A stretch of 63,965 bases of DNA, filler included, from Cladosporium halotolerans (taxonomy: Eukaryota), in NCBI RefSeq assembly GCF_011745625.1. It is 4 parts of 4 records of this genome, joined end to end, with 100 filler letters (N's around TTAATTAATTAA, not from the genome) between each part and the next. Parts side by side here need not be neighbours in the genome. Positions count along the whole stretch, not along the records: positions 37,978 to 56,429 come from NW_027191552.1; positions 56,530 to 63,965 come from NW_027191629.1; 2 more parts are not named here. The stretch is one strand, 5' to 3'. Both the position numbers and the translations under genes were made by a program. The notes below the pieces were generated by a model. It did no database searches. It was not told the origin of the DNA and worked only from the letters and a program-made list of their open reading frames with translations. Below are positions 49,383-60,293 of this stretch, piece after piece. Numbering within the stretch: position 1 is the first letter of the stretch; every line of letters begins with the position of its first letter.

Positions 49383-50747
49383 ATGGAGACATACAACGGC
49401 CACGTCCGCACACCCGCGGACGCAATTATTCTTTTTGAGGCATGCCATATCGGCCTGCTTCCCCGTGTGCAGCGACGTCTGTCAGAAAGGGAGAGGCAGT
49501 TAATCAAGTCTGGCTCTGTCTTCGTCTGGGAGGAGAGCGAGGCCGGCATTCGTAGGTGGACAGACGGAAGGTCATGGAGTGCCAGCCGCGTGTCTGGCAG
49601 CTTCCTAACCTACCGCGAAATGGAGGGCAAGCGAGGTGTCAGCACCTTTGAGAATAGCGCTCCTTGCGAGTCGATGCAGAACGGTGCGGAACAGGAGTCG
49701 GACGGCGGTTTCGATGGCTACCGCTATAAGCCTGACGGTCTTGTGAAACAATCCTTTTCGATTACAACCAATGACGGCCGGCACATGCACCTCATCAGCT
49801 ATTACTCGCAACCCTCGCAAGCAGGACAGCGCCCGGTGCAACCCACAAACGACCCTCAACTCCATCACGTTTGGACAGAGAAGGGCATATACTCGGGATC
49901 GACTATCCACGGGCAGAGCACCGTCCCTGCCGTCATTGGCGGCCCTATGGGCTGGCCTGGCTACATTCATGCTGCACACCAGCGTTCCATTTACGGTTGT
50001 TCTTCGTACGACTACGCGCCTCCACACCCGAGTGCCTGGTCTCCTCCTGGCCCCATGCGCAAGCCACCTCCTCACCCTCACTATGGCCCGTATTATCACC
50101 ACCCGGCCTTTGGACACCCAATGCAACATCCACCCCAACCTGCCAAAGGACTTAACTCTTGCGAGAGGCCACAACCTCACGCCATATGCTCTGTTCTTCC
50201 TCTACCTCCTCACTACGACCGTGGTCCGCCGTCGCCGCCACCAGTCGGCGGTTTGCTACGAGACTACCCTTCGCGATACCACGGTCGCGGCTCCTACCAA
50301 TCTCCGCCCATTAGCACTCCAAGTTTCCCTTCGGCCTCCACGGCCGCTCCTCCGCCCTCTTTGACCGCCCGCCCTGCACCTCCTCCGGTCAAGAGGCTTG
50401 AGCGTAAGGAGGACGACCGCCACGACTCGACAGAAACCCAGCTTAAATCGCAGGCCCGGCCAACGCCGGAAACGACCTCGCAGCACTCCACCGCTGCCAC
50501 GGCCTCAACTCCTTCCACCACCAACTCTACCGCCTCCAGTGCCCGCGCTGGACAGAACATCCCCAGCATCAACCTCATGCTCAAAGCGGGTGTTAACGGC
50601 CAGCCAACCGTTCGCTCCAGCAGCTGCAGCCCGAGCGGCTCCGGGCGCATGGCATCCGACATTCCCATGCACAAACTCGGCTTCGAGGCGGACAGAGATA
50701 TGCAGGCGCTCCGCAATCTCGACAAGTCGACATTCAAGGCATACTAA
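49383..50747 (+). CDS. pac2: Gti1/Pac2 (WOPR) family transcription regulator, Pac2 subfamily
   Basis: METYNGHVRTPADAIILFEAC.IGLLPRVQRRLSE, SGSVFVW, RRWTDG.SWSASRVSGSFLTYREMEGKR, YRYKPDGL.KQSFSI...HLISYY; Pro-rich tail ending DMQALRNLDK; intact 454 aa. Confidence 0.92.
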   Translation: METYNGHVRTPADAIILFEACHIGLLPRVQRRLSERERQLIKSGSVFVWEESEAGIRRWTDGRSWSASRVSGSFLTYREMEGKRGVSTFENSAPCESMQNGAEQESDGGFDGYRYKPDGLVKQSFSITTNDGRHMHLISYYSQPSQAGQRPVQPTNDPQLHHVWTEKGIYSGSTIHGQSTVPAVIGGPMGWPGYIHAAHQRSIYGCSSYDYAPPHPSAWSPPGPMRKPPPHPHYGPYYHHPAFGHPMQHPPQPAKGLNSCERPQPHAICSVLPLPPHYDRGPPSPPPVGGLLRDYPSRYHGRGSYQSPPISTPSFPSASTAAPPPSLTARPAPPPVKRLERKEDDRHDSTETQLKSQARPTPETTSQHSTAATASTPSTTNSTASSARAGQNIPSINLMLKAGVNGQPTVRSSSCSPSGSGRMASDIPMHKLGFEADRDMQALRNLDKSTFKAY

Positions 50748-51743
50748 ACGCTTGGAGTCGCGGGGTTGAATTCTTGTTGATAGATGCTGTTTCCTTGCTT
50801 TGCACCATTAGAGAAGGCGTCGCTGCATTTGCTCATTTGCCTCTTGATGTAGCTGTAAAACCGGCCTAGGTCAGTTTCGCCGATGTCCCGTTTTTGCAAT
50901 GATATATTCCATGCGTTTCATGGAATACAATCTTTCATTTCGTAATTCGAGATTTTGAGCTCTACTTTCTCAATCACCCTCTTCATGTCTCAAAGATGAC
51001 AGTTGAGATGGCTTCCGGTCTATCTTCCTCCCTCTACCACTCTATTTATGCACTCCTTTACCTTCCCTCTTCACTGATATGCGCGTCACTGAGTGAATGA
51101 AGAGCCGGTCCCAACATATCTCCAATGGCTGGGTGTCGTAAATGTATGAGATATACATAATTGCCACAAGCCAAACACAACAGCAATCTATATCCAGCAA
51201 AATTCAGTATTTGGAAACAGAAGCGGCTTTCTTTTCTCTAAAATGTAATTGTATAACGTGCACGATAAGCGAGCTAAACATCAAACAGCAACCCGCCGGA
51301 CGGAGAGCACACACCTTCACGTGATGGTGAGAAGCTGTGCAGTGAAGCCAAGTCCGCTACAAGACAGCCTGGAGAGCAATGAGCCCACGTGGCAGTCTCG
51401 CAAAAAGCCATGACTTGACGACTCCTATCCATCGCAACGACCGACTCGGTCGGCATGGCCGCCCACCTTGCCTTCCAGCCGTCGGTAAAACCTCTGCACG
51501 ACACGACAAAGCCTGCACGCACCGCGCGACGGCAGGCAACAAAACCTTACCACCACCCACACCGACAGCGCCGACTCCTGATCGGAAATGCGCAATAGTC
51601 GGAAACGACGCACACGATGTACAAGAGCGCAATGAGCCTACCAGCTGTCGCAGGAAGATCAGTACATCGGCTCATGACAAGAGATGAGTCACATCGGACA
51701 AGACACGCAGCACGAGCGCCTGATGGGCTTGACCAGCTAGCGA

Positions 51744-54481
51744 CAGGGTGTTCATCAAACAGACACAAACAAGCAGCTTGTTTGTTTCATCACGTAATCA
51801 AACAGACAAACAGTACTTCGGCTGTTACGTAAGCAAACTAAACAATATTCCTCTGTTTGTAACTTAGACTGTTTGTAGATTTTTGGTAGAGATCGCGGTT
51901 GACTTGGCACAGAATATCAGCACGCAGAAGTCGAGTCTTCTACCCTAATCCTAACCCTTCCCGGACGCATTCGATGTGGTGCCGCTGCCGGGTGTTGCTA
52001 GCGCTGACGCGCCACGTGCGACGCGCGATGCGCGACGCGGAGATGTCGCGCGGTCTGTCTATTTAGGCAGTCCGGCGGCTTACCACTACCGTCTGACGGA
52101 GCCGTTATCGTCATGGATATCTTCGCAATGTCAGCGGACCTAGAAGACTCAGCAGCTCCGCATACCGCTCTGTTGCCGAATGCCCGGCGGAACGAAGGTG
52201 GTCTACTCCTCGCCGGTGCGAGTTGCAGTGGCTATACACCTGCTCCGCCCTCCAAGAAGCCGCGGGGAAGCTGGATACGGAAACATGGGGAACTTCTGAT
52301 ACGAGACAGTGACCTGAGCCCAGTGTGGCTTTGTACACTATGTCATGGCGACTCTGTACATCACCCTGTCAAAGAATACATTCTGCCTGTCGTCTCTACA
52401 ACACTAGCGCAGCGTCATATGGAGCGACACGGGTTCGACCTTTAGGGTCGGCCTATCCATCGGGGGCAGAAACGTCGGGCTGGCCCTATGCTCGAGAACG
52501 TTGACCGTCAGCATACGGCCGATAATTTGACCTTCAACGACAGTGGCTGGATTGATGCTTTTGTACGCTGAACCGTGATGACCAACCAGTCCTTACGTCA
52601 AGCAAGCTCGCAATCACATTTGCGGTTACTGATGTTCCAAGACCCTCGCGTGGAGAGTTTGGTGCCAAGTAGCGACAACACAGTGCGAGAATGGATTATG
52701 CAAGCAGCGTCCGATGCCAAAAGTACGATCGAGAAGTCACTGAGGCGGGCAGCCAGCAGCATAACGATATTCTTCGACAATTGGACCGCCAACAACGGCC
52801 TTGACTTCCTCGGTGTGATCGCGCACTATCTAGACGCATATCTGCATCCGCGTGCGATACTTCTTGGTCTGCGAGATACCCGTGGATCGCATAGCGGTGA
52901 AAGTATCGCAGAGGAGATTTTACGTCTGATACATGACTACGATATCGGCGAGAGGGTGCAGTATTTCATGTCAGATAATGCATCTGCGAATGACCGAGCG
53001 ATCAAGGTCTTATGCGGGAGTCTGGACATTGATCCGGGATCTCATCACTTGCGCTGCGGGGCCCACATTATCAAAATCGTAGCTAAGGCGGTGCTCTACG
53101 GTATCGACGCTGAAGCGCTCGAGCCGGACGCGCATGAGGAATCCCTCTCAGACAGCCACGATATAGCAGCGTTCGAAGCGATTGTCCGCTCTGTCCCATC
53201 CGAAGAAGCGCTTCAGACATGGCGTCGCAAGGGCCCCGTCGGGAAACTTCATAACCTCGTCAAGCACATCCATAAAACACCCAAACGTCGACGTTTCTTT
53301 GGAATGAAGCAGAACGTCGATGCTCATTCTGACGATGGTCGGATCTATCGGGTGATCGTGAACGGTGGCATCAGATTATATAGCAGCTGCGACTTGATCG
53401 AGCGTGCCTTGGAGCTCCGCAATGCCATCGAGCTTTACCAAACCCATTTCCGATCGCTCGGGACTGCGATCGATTGCCCGCCTTGGATTGTCTGGACGCG
53501 GGTGACTGGTCGCAGCTGCAGCAATTGCTTCAAGTGCTGCTCCCCTTGAAGAGTGCCTCCTTACGCCTCCAGAAAGATATTGATACGAAGCACGCGCTGT
53601 GGGAGCAGCTTGCGACGTTTGACAGCTTACTCATTTAGTTCGAGCAGCTCAAGGAGAGGTGCCGATACGAGCCTAAAGCCACATGAAAATCACGCGTCAG
53701 CCTCGGTTGGAAGGAGCTCGATAAGTACTATAGTCTGTCAGATGAGACCTTCGGGTACGAATGGCAATATTCCTCCATCCCCACCTGAAGATGGCTTGGT
53801 TCGAAAGACATTGGGGATGCCGACCGGCGTGGATCGATGCTGCCAGAGATGCAATCGACAGAGCATGCGCGCTTGCAAAGGCGAGATGGCCACAAGATGC
53901 GCAGAAAGCTGTTTCACTGAATCCGGTAGAGCCGACAATAAAATCTGAGTCGAGGTTCGACGAGTATAATACACTGCCACAAGAAGTCGACTCGATGGAT
54001 GATTTACAGCTCTATAGGCGGGAAGAGCGGACATCGGGACTGTATTCGCCACAGCCGCTCGACTGGTGGCGTCAAAACCATACAAGGTTTCCTCTCTTAC
54101 GCCATCTGGCGTTCGAGTTCTTCGCGATACCAGCGAGTGCCTCAGCGAACGAAAGGACGTTCTCGATTGCTGGTAACTCGGCGGGCAACGATAGGCCACG
54201 GACGCTGTATGAGCTTGCGGAAGCGCAACAATTATTGCGTAGCTGGTATGACGAGGGTACAGCTTGAGGCGTTCGCGACGCCTGCTCACCATGAAGGGAC
54301 TATTCCTCCACCCACCACACCCTGCCTACATATGCCAAGATCGGAATGATGTCTTGGCAAATAACACAAACAGACAAATAAATCGAGGCCATTCCTCAAA
54401 CAAACAGACAAAACGCTCAGGCTTAGGTAATCAAACCAAACATTCTCTGAAATCTTGTTTGTTTGTTTGAAGAACACCCTG
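51744..54481 (+). mobile_element. hAT DNA transposon, degenerate, both ends present (CAAAC-type subterminal repeats)
   Basis: Left end CAGGGTGTTCATCAAACA; right end TGTTTGAAGAACACCCTG (1 mismatch); no matching 8-bp TSD. Confidence 0.9.
52113..54267 (+). pseudogene. hAT transposase pseudogene
   Basis: WLCTLCH...H...H, FDNWTA, MSDNASAND, RCGAHII, WRRKGPVGKLHN, FLHP, AIPASASANERTFS; several stops and frameshifts. Confidence 0.88.
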
Positions 54482-56299
54482 TTCTCAAGGTTGGCGGTGT
54501 CGATATTTTGCTCATGGTCCCTAATGTCGTTCAAGAAACCCCCCTGTCTCTCATACTGCGATGGCACATAGAAGTACAAGTGAATCAGGCCCTGCTTCTT
54601 GCTGACTATCGATTGAATGGTTTTCGAGAATGCCGGTTGCCGTGGGCGGGGAGGCGCGAGCCTGTGGAAGAGCATGCCTCAGCCAATCAGCACCCTCCAG
54701 AAATTTGCTTGTATGCGTAAAATCCATCGTGGCCGCGCCTTGGCGGTATCGTCTAGATTGCAGCCGGGCTGAAATTGGTCGAGAAGCCTCAAAAGGGAGG
54801 AAAAGACGAACGCTTTTTTTCCTTTAGACCGGCCGCGTGCATCATGCTGCCGCGACTCTCAATATCCGCCTACTCCATTCATGAGCTCCCCTGTCGCAGC
54901 AAGCCTCTTCGGCCAACGAACGAAAGCAAGACCTGGAAGCTCGCACGTGATGTCTGTCATCTGCCTCAAGCTAATAGGACATTGGTCGGTCTCATAAAGA
55001 CGAGTGGAGAATGACGTCCAAGACCCCTGTTCTGCTCAAGCAAGTGTTTCACCTATCGGCGAGGCAAGATGCGCTTTGTCGTGTGTTGACTGCAACGCTA
55101 ATACAAGCTACGAACTAGCTAGATTTGATTTTGGTCTACTAACGAACGACAAGAAGTGCAGGCTCGGGACAAGGAAGGACGTTCCGGATCGTGGAAGCTT
55201 GCTGCTTGCGATATCGTGTGTTGACAAGTCAGGGTAGAGTTAACAACTGAAAAGCCAGAGCACGCATCATTGTGAAATGAAATTGTTGGAGATGCAGTCC
55301 CTTCCTGGGTAAGCGTGCGCATCACGCCACTGCTTTAGGGTGCCACATATATACAGGCCTTATCTCAGTAGATGGGGTGAATATACACACCTCACCACGC
55401 ACGTGTCCTCCAACAGAAATGCGCCGCGTGAAATGCTGCCTAAGGATGAGTGGCATGTGAAGGTATGGAGCGACTTGTGCGACGACATAGCCGTGCGTTG
55501 CTAGCCACCCAATGCGACATTTGTGCGGAAGGTCTAGGCGCTTCGGAGTTGCTTGCTGAGAACGTGAGCCATTTCTGGGCCTTTCACCCGAGCGCAAAAG
55601 CCACGAGCGCTATAATCTCGCCTTACGCCGCTGACGAAAGGCCATCTTGCTGAGGTATTTCCGTATCCCCTCGGTTTCGCTGGCGAAAAATGTTGGTACA
55701 AATTCAACACGATCCAGGGCCTTAGAACTATATTGCGCAGAGTGATGTCATCTTTTTTCATGGCTTGAGAATCCAGTATCCACGCTTCCCAATCGATGTT
55801 GCCTGGAGGACCATATCTATGCTTGTATGGGTCCTCGACATAAACTCCACTGTCAGGCTGTACAATTACGATTTTCTTTAGAAAATTTGATAAGTGCGGC
55901 TATTCGCAAATGTCTAGCAGTCAGTCTAAACTTATGAAAGTGAAAAGGTGTGCTCTTGTGCTGAAGTAAGTCTGGAGGAAGGAGTGCTCCGATGCTTGTT
56001 GATGTTGCTTGCTTGCAGATCGGACGGAAAGTAGAGTTCGTCGGTCAAGGAATGTTGCAACATGTGCGTCGAGCTCATTGTCGGGATAAATAGCGGCATT
56101 GAAGGAAGAGGGAGAACCGATTCGACTCCAAGTCGAGACGTGAGATCGCAGCAGTCACATCACTCATCATTCTCGCGCGTTCTCACGATCATAATAGCCT
56201 ACGAGATCCATCTAACCGCAGGGTCCCTGATCTGATCTTTTACCAATCACGGATGTCATGGGAGCAAGCGGAAAAGTGGCACTTTATGTGCAAGAGAAT

Positions 56300-56429
56300 C
56301 CGGCAACATTCGCAATCACAACGCAGCCTCTGGATGTCGGCTGCTTTGCTCCTCTTGCCACATACTATAGCCAGCTTCTTGAGCAGCAAACCAGACTCTC
56401 AGAAGGGCAGACTAGGATGACGAAGAGGG
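56300..56429 (+). mobile_element. pogo/Fot1 DDE_1 transposase fragment
   Basis: TQPLDVGCFAPL..YY motif; cut by the contig end. Confidence 0.6.
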
Positions 56430-56529
56430 NNNNNNNNNNNNNNNNNNNNNNNNNNNNNNNNNNNNNNNNNNNNTTAATTAATTAANNNNNNNNNNNNNNN
56501 NNNNNNNNNNNNNNNNNNNNNNNNNNNNN
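56430..56529. other. artificial contig-joining spacer
   Basis: N44-TTAATTAATTAA-N44. Confidence 0.97.
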
Positions 56530-56857
56530 AATCGTCGCGATTAAGGTACTGTAGAATATACCACTCGCCAAGGAGGAATGCAACGGCCGGGATGAGGTGG
56601 GAATAGATGTTGACCGTCTCGTTGTGGAGTCTCCACCAACTGCGGAGCGAGGTGCGAACCGAGTGTGATATGGGTCGATAACCGTGAAGAACCCATTTAT
56701 TATTGTCGTCTTGAAACCATTGCGGCATCTCATCGAACGAGAGAAGCGCTACACTCCCTGCCTCTTCCGGCCCGGATCCGGAGGCTTCGTCCTCCATTGG
56801 TCGCCTTTTGCACGCCTCTGGCCCCTTGGGCGGAACTCGCAGACGAGCGGACGCCAT
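56530..56857 (-). CDS. PAQR/HlyIII (Izh, adiponectin-receptor-like) membrane protein, 3' part cut by the contig end
   Basis: LLSFDEMPQWFQDDN.WVLHGYRP...SWWRLHNETVNIYSHLIP. Confidence 0.85.
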
Positions 56858-57103
56858 TTACTGTCGCACCTAGTGACCTGTGATATCAGAAGGCCGGAAG
56901 TCGAAAGTGAGTAAGTGATGAGATCGAAGATACGCGCTGCCTCTTTGCTCCGTTGTTGTTTTGTGTCTTGCGCCAAGTTACCACGTGCGACTCTATAGAC
57001 GCGCAGCGGTCAAAGCGGAGCCCCCCGTCGACTAGAGTCCGAGGTGCCTGCTTCCTGCTCCTCTTCCGAATCCGCCTCCCTGCGAGTCCTCTTCACTGCC
57101 CAG

Positions 57104-58240
57104 TTAGCAATATTCAGAGCTTGGAGGCGACGTTGGGGCTTTAGATCTTCCGCGGACCGGTCGGTGGTTCTTGCGTCTGTAGAGCAGATCTCGCAGCTGC
57201 TGTCGTGCACTTGCTAGCTTCCCGGAAGACGAGTGTTTATCATAACCCAACATTTTAGCAGCGCTCGCGGTCTGTGGTGATTCGCCATCATTTGGGATCG
57301 AATTCATTCTTTCATGCGTGACATATTCCGCTAGAGCAGGCGGGTCTGGCAGTAGCAACGTGCATATCCTTGTACCAGGACGTGGATCGTGTCCCCCATG
57401 ACCTTTATTTTCACTTGAATCACACACTGGGTCACGGTTCGTATGCGGCAGATCGGTGCCTGAATGATCCCATGAAGCCTGATCAGAATTCACAGTTGAA
57501 GCTGCTTGCCTTGAGGGGCATGACAAGACTTCATCAGACGTATTCTGTTGATGCAGATGGGCGCAGAACCCACGAATATTCCCATCGCTGGCACTGTGCT
57601 GTTTGGTCGACTGAATGGCTGGAAGAGTTTTTGGTGAGGATCCTCCAAACTCCACTTTGCCATGATATTCAGTTTTTCCCGGGTCTGCCGGCTGAAGAAC
57701 TTCTACACTCTCGTCACTGTCGGTATGCATTTCCACGATGGCGCGCTGACGCTGCTTCCATTCTGCGACAAGAGAAGCATTCGCATAATGTTTCGGCTCC
57801 CACGTTTGCTCACATTCGGACTCGCCGGATACCGGTTCCCAAAGTATGTGATATTCTCTAGAATTTTCCTCAAGAATTGCCCTTGCTGGCCAGGTGTTGG
57901 GAAGCCGGCGCCTAGTCCACCCGTGTCCTTTTCTTCTCTTCCTGCATGTAGACACAACGCTCGGAGACGATGTGCGACCTGGCACGCCGGGAAGAATCAA
58001 ATTTTGCGCGTCTGCGCGCGCGTTGGGCCGAAGTGGTCTTTCGATGCCTGATTGCGTAGCCAAAGGGTCAAGGGCACAGTCAAGGCACGACCTGACGAGC
58101 TGCAGATTGAGCCTATGAATATTCGCTTTGCCTACAGCTTCCCTTGCCCAAGACTGCCCTCCTTCTACCTTCGGCAGGAATATGCTGGCTAGGGGATGCG
58201 TCTCCCAGGCATTCGGCGCGGTGAACGATGAAGTATGCAA
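57104..58240 (-). CDS. chromodomain-like protein (start uncertain)
   Basis: WPARAILEENSREYHILWEP...TWEPKHYANASLVAEWK at about 57750-57900 matches the chromo-fold consensus; the rest is low-complexity. Confidence 0.55.
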   Translation of the reverse strand: MHTSSFTAPNAWETHPLASIFLPKVEGGQSWAREAVGKANIHRLNLQLVRSCLDCALDPLATQSGIERPLRPNARADAQNLILPGVPGRTSSPSVVSTCRKRRKGHGWTRRRLPNTWPARAILEENSREYHILWEPVSGESECEQTWEPKHYANASLVAEWKQRQRAIVEMHTDSDESVEVLQPADPGKTEYHGKVEFGGSSPKTLPAIQSTKQHSASDGNIRGFCAHLHQQNTSDEVLSCPSRQAASTVNSDQASWDHSGTDLPHTNRDPVCDSSENKGHGGHDPRPGTRICTLLLPDPPALAEYVTHERMNSIPNDGESPQTASAAKMLGYDKHSSSGKLASARQQLRDLLYRRKNHRPVRGRSKAPTSPPSSEYC

Positions 58241-58707
58241 GCTTGTCAGGCTTGGTACTTCAGCGGCGACAGGACGCGGTGTCGCAGGCTACAACAAGAC
58301 AAATGCAACGACGACGTGCATCAAATCAGACCTCCGAGCCGGTCGACGAATATGACCATACAATTTGAAGGAAGGAAGAAATATTTTACATAACAATTTT
58401 CACAGAAGTCAACTGACAACTTCACGATAACGCTTGGACCATCCTGCTCCAGGAGCAACCAGGCCTGTGCTCAGCCGCTCCAGAGCTGGACTGCGGGACG
58501 CGCCGCGGCTGTCTAACCGCCCTTCCTATCGGCGATGCAATTAACCGAGATTACTGGCGCTTGTGCTGATGGCAGTCTAAGCCATCCACGTTAAGATCAC
58601 AGAAGTGCTTGCGAACGACTTGTGCCCCTCAAGTTCCTTCTCTTGTAGGAACTCAACAGCATCCAAGTCATCGCGTTGTCCAAACAATTGACCCATCGCA
58701 GGGCGTG

Positions 58708-59462
58708 ATGAACGACGTCAGCACCACCCGTAGTCCGCCTCTAGAGGCACTCATACTCGACAAGCAGTGTATAGCTCCCACGTCTGGCACCTCGTTAGGT
58801 GTTAGTGGAGTAATCCCCACGCTACAGTAAGCACTGCGCAAGCTTCCCACTAAAACCATGCGACCTGGTCAGCATACTGACACCACTGTGAAGAAATGTC
58901 GTTGCTACGGTAAACCTCGACTGTCGCCTCGACCTTAAGACCATCGCTTTGCACGCCCGTAATGCAGAATACAATCCCAAGGTGAGGGTGTTCTCATGGT
59001 AGTGTAGGCTCTTCCTGACTGTTCTCCAAGCGTTTCGCAGCCGCGGTTATGCGCATACGTGAGCCCAAGACGACTGCCCTCATCTTCGCATCTGGCAAGA
59101 TGGTCGTCACGGGCGCGAAGTCTGTAGATGATGTTAAGCTTGCGAGTCGCAAGTACACGCGTGTGCTTAAAAAGCTTGGCTTCAATACGAAGTTTACAGA
59201 GTTCAAGATACAAAACATCGTTGCTTCTTGCGACATCAAATTCCCGGTCCTGCTCGAGGGGCTGGCCACCGGCATCACATGTTCAGCTCCTACGAACCTG
59301 AGCTCTTCTCGGGTCTGATATATCGCATGATGATTGCCAAAAGTCGTTTTGTTGATCTTCGTTTCTGGAAAACTTGTCTTGACCGGGGCCAAGGTACGGG
59401 AAGAACTGTACCAGGCCTTCGAGCTCATATACCCAGTGCTGTCTGACTTTCGCAAGACTTGA
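58708..59462 (+). pseudogene. tbp: TATA-binding protein (TBP/SPT15) copy, diverged, two frameshifts
   Basis: [68 protein letters not shown]...[14 protein letters not shown]...[20 protein letters not shown]; introns 58827-58893 and 58982-59030; -1 near 59270 and +1 near 59331. Confidence 0.9.
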
Positions 59463-60293
59463 GCTGTCTTGTCTTGTCGGATCCCACCCGTGAACGATGT
59501 TTCACCCTTCTTGCTGGGCATGCAGTCTTTCGAAGAACATGATGTGGACGATCCTTGTGATGTGAACGGGTTTGTGTCTTTATTGATCTCAATAGCAAGT
59601 AGCAGTCTCTTTTCGGCACCCGAATGCTGATTACTGCAATCTGTCACAAGCAACTGATTTCGGGTCTCATCTGTGCCGTCCCGTGCACAAAGCATTTTAC
59701 GTTAGAGACGATTTGCTTCTCATCATACAGATTGTCACTCTGTTCAGAGTTGGAGACGGTCATACCGCCGCTATTGCGATCTTACAGCACGAGGCGCGAG
59801 ACCAGCCTTGGGCAGAATACCGAGGGCCCTGCGCGTACCATGGCTACCGATGAACACCTCCGCGGGAAAGTGAAGATCCTTGAAAGTTCGTCGACTTTCA
59901 TGGTCCGCCCAATCCTGTGAGAAGAAATTGCGGAGGACGCCGTGCACGTGGTACAGATAGTTGGAATCTGGCCTTAAGCAGGACTAAATGCTTGAGTGTC
60001 TGTGCAGGCGCGGTCTTCACAAAGGTACGGTAAGGTAACCCTTTGCTTTTTCATCATTCAGTTTCCCCGCTCTTCTTTCATCATTAACTTGCAGACCTTT
60101 CTGCCGTATACGGAAATTGCCAGGGAAGCTACACGCATCGTGCAAGCGTTGGCGAAACCAGGCGATAGACCCATATTGACGATGAGTAACAACATCCGGT
60201 CGGAAATTTGGCAATTCATCTGCTAGATGGCCATCCAAAGACAGCAAAGCTAATCCACAGAATTTGCTGTAACTGTGGTTGACCTTTTCGTTT

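Noticed and set aside
54482..56250. Possible decayed gene on the minus strand
   Set aside because: Fragmentary ORFs without recognisable motifs.
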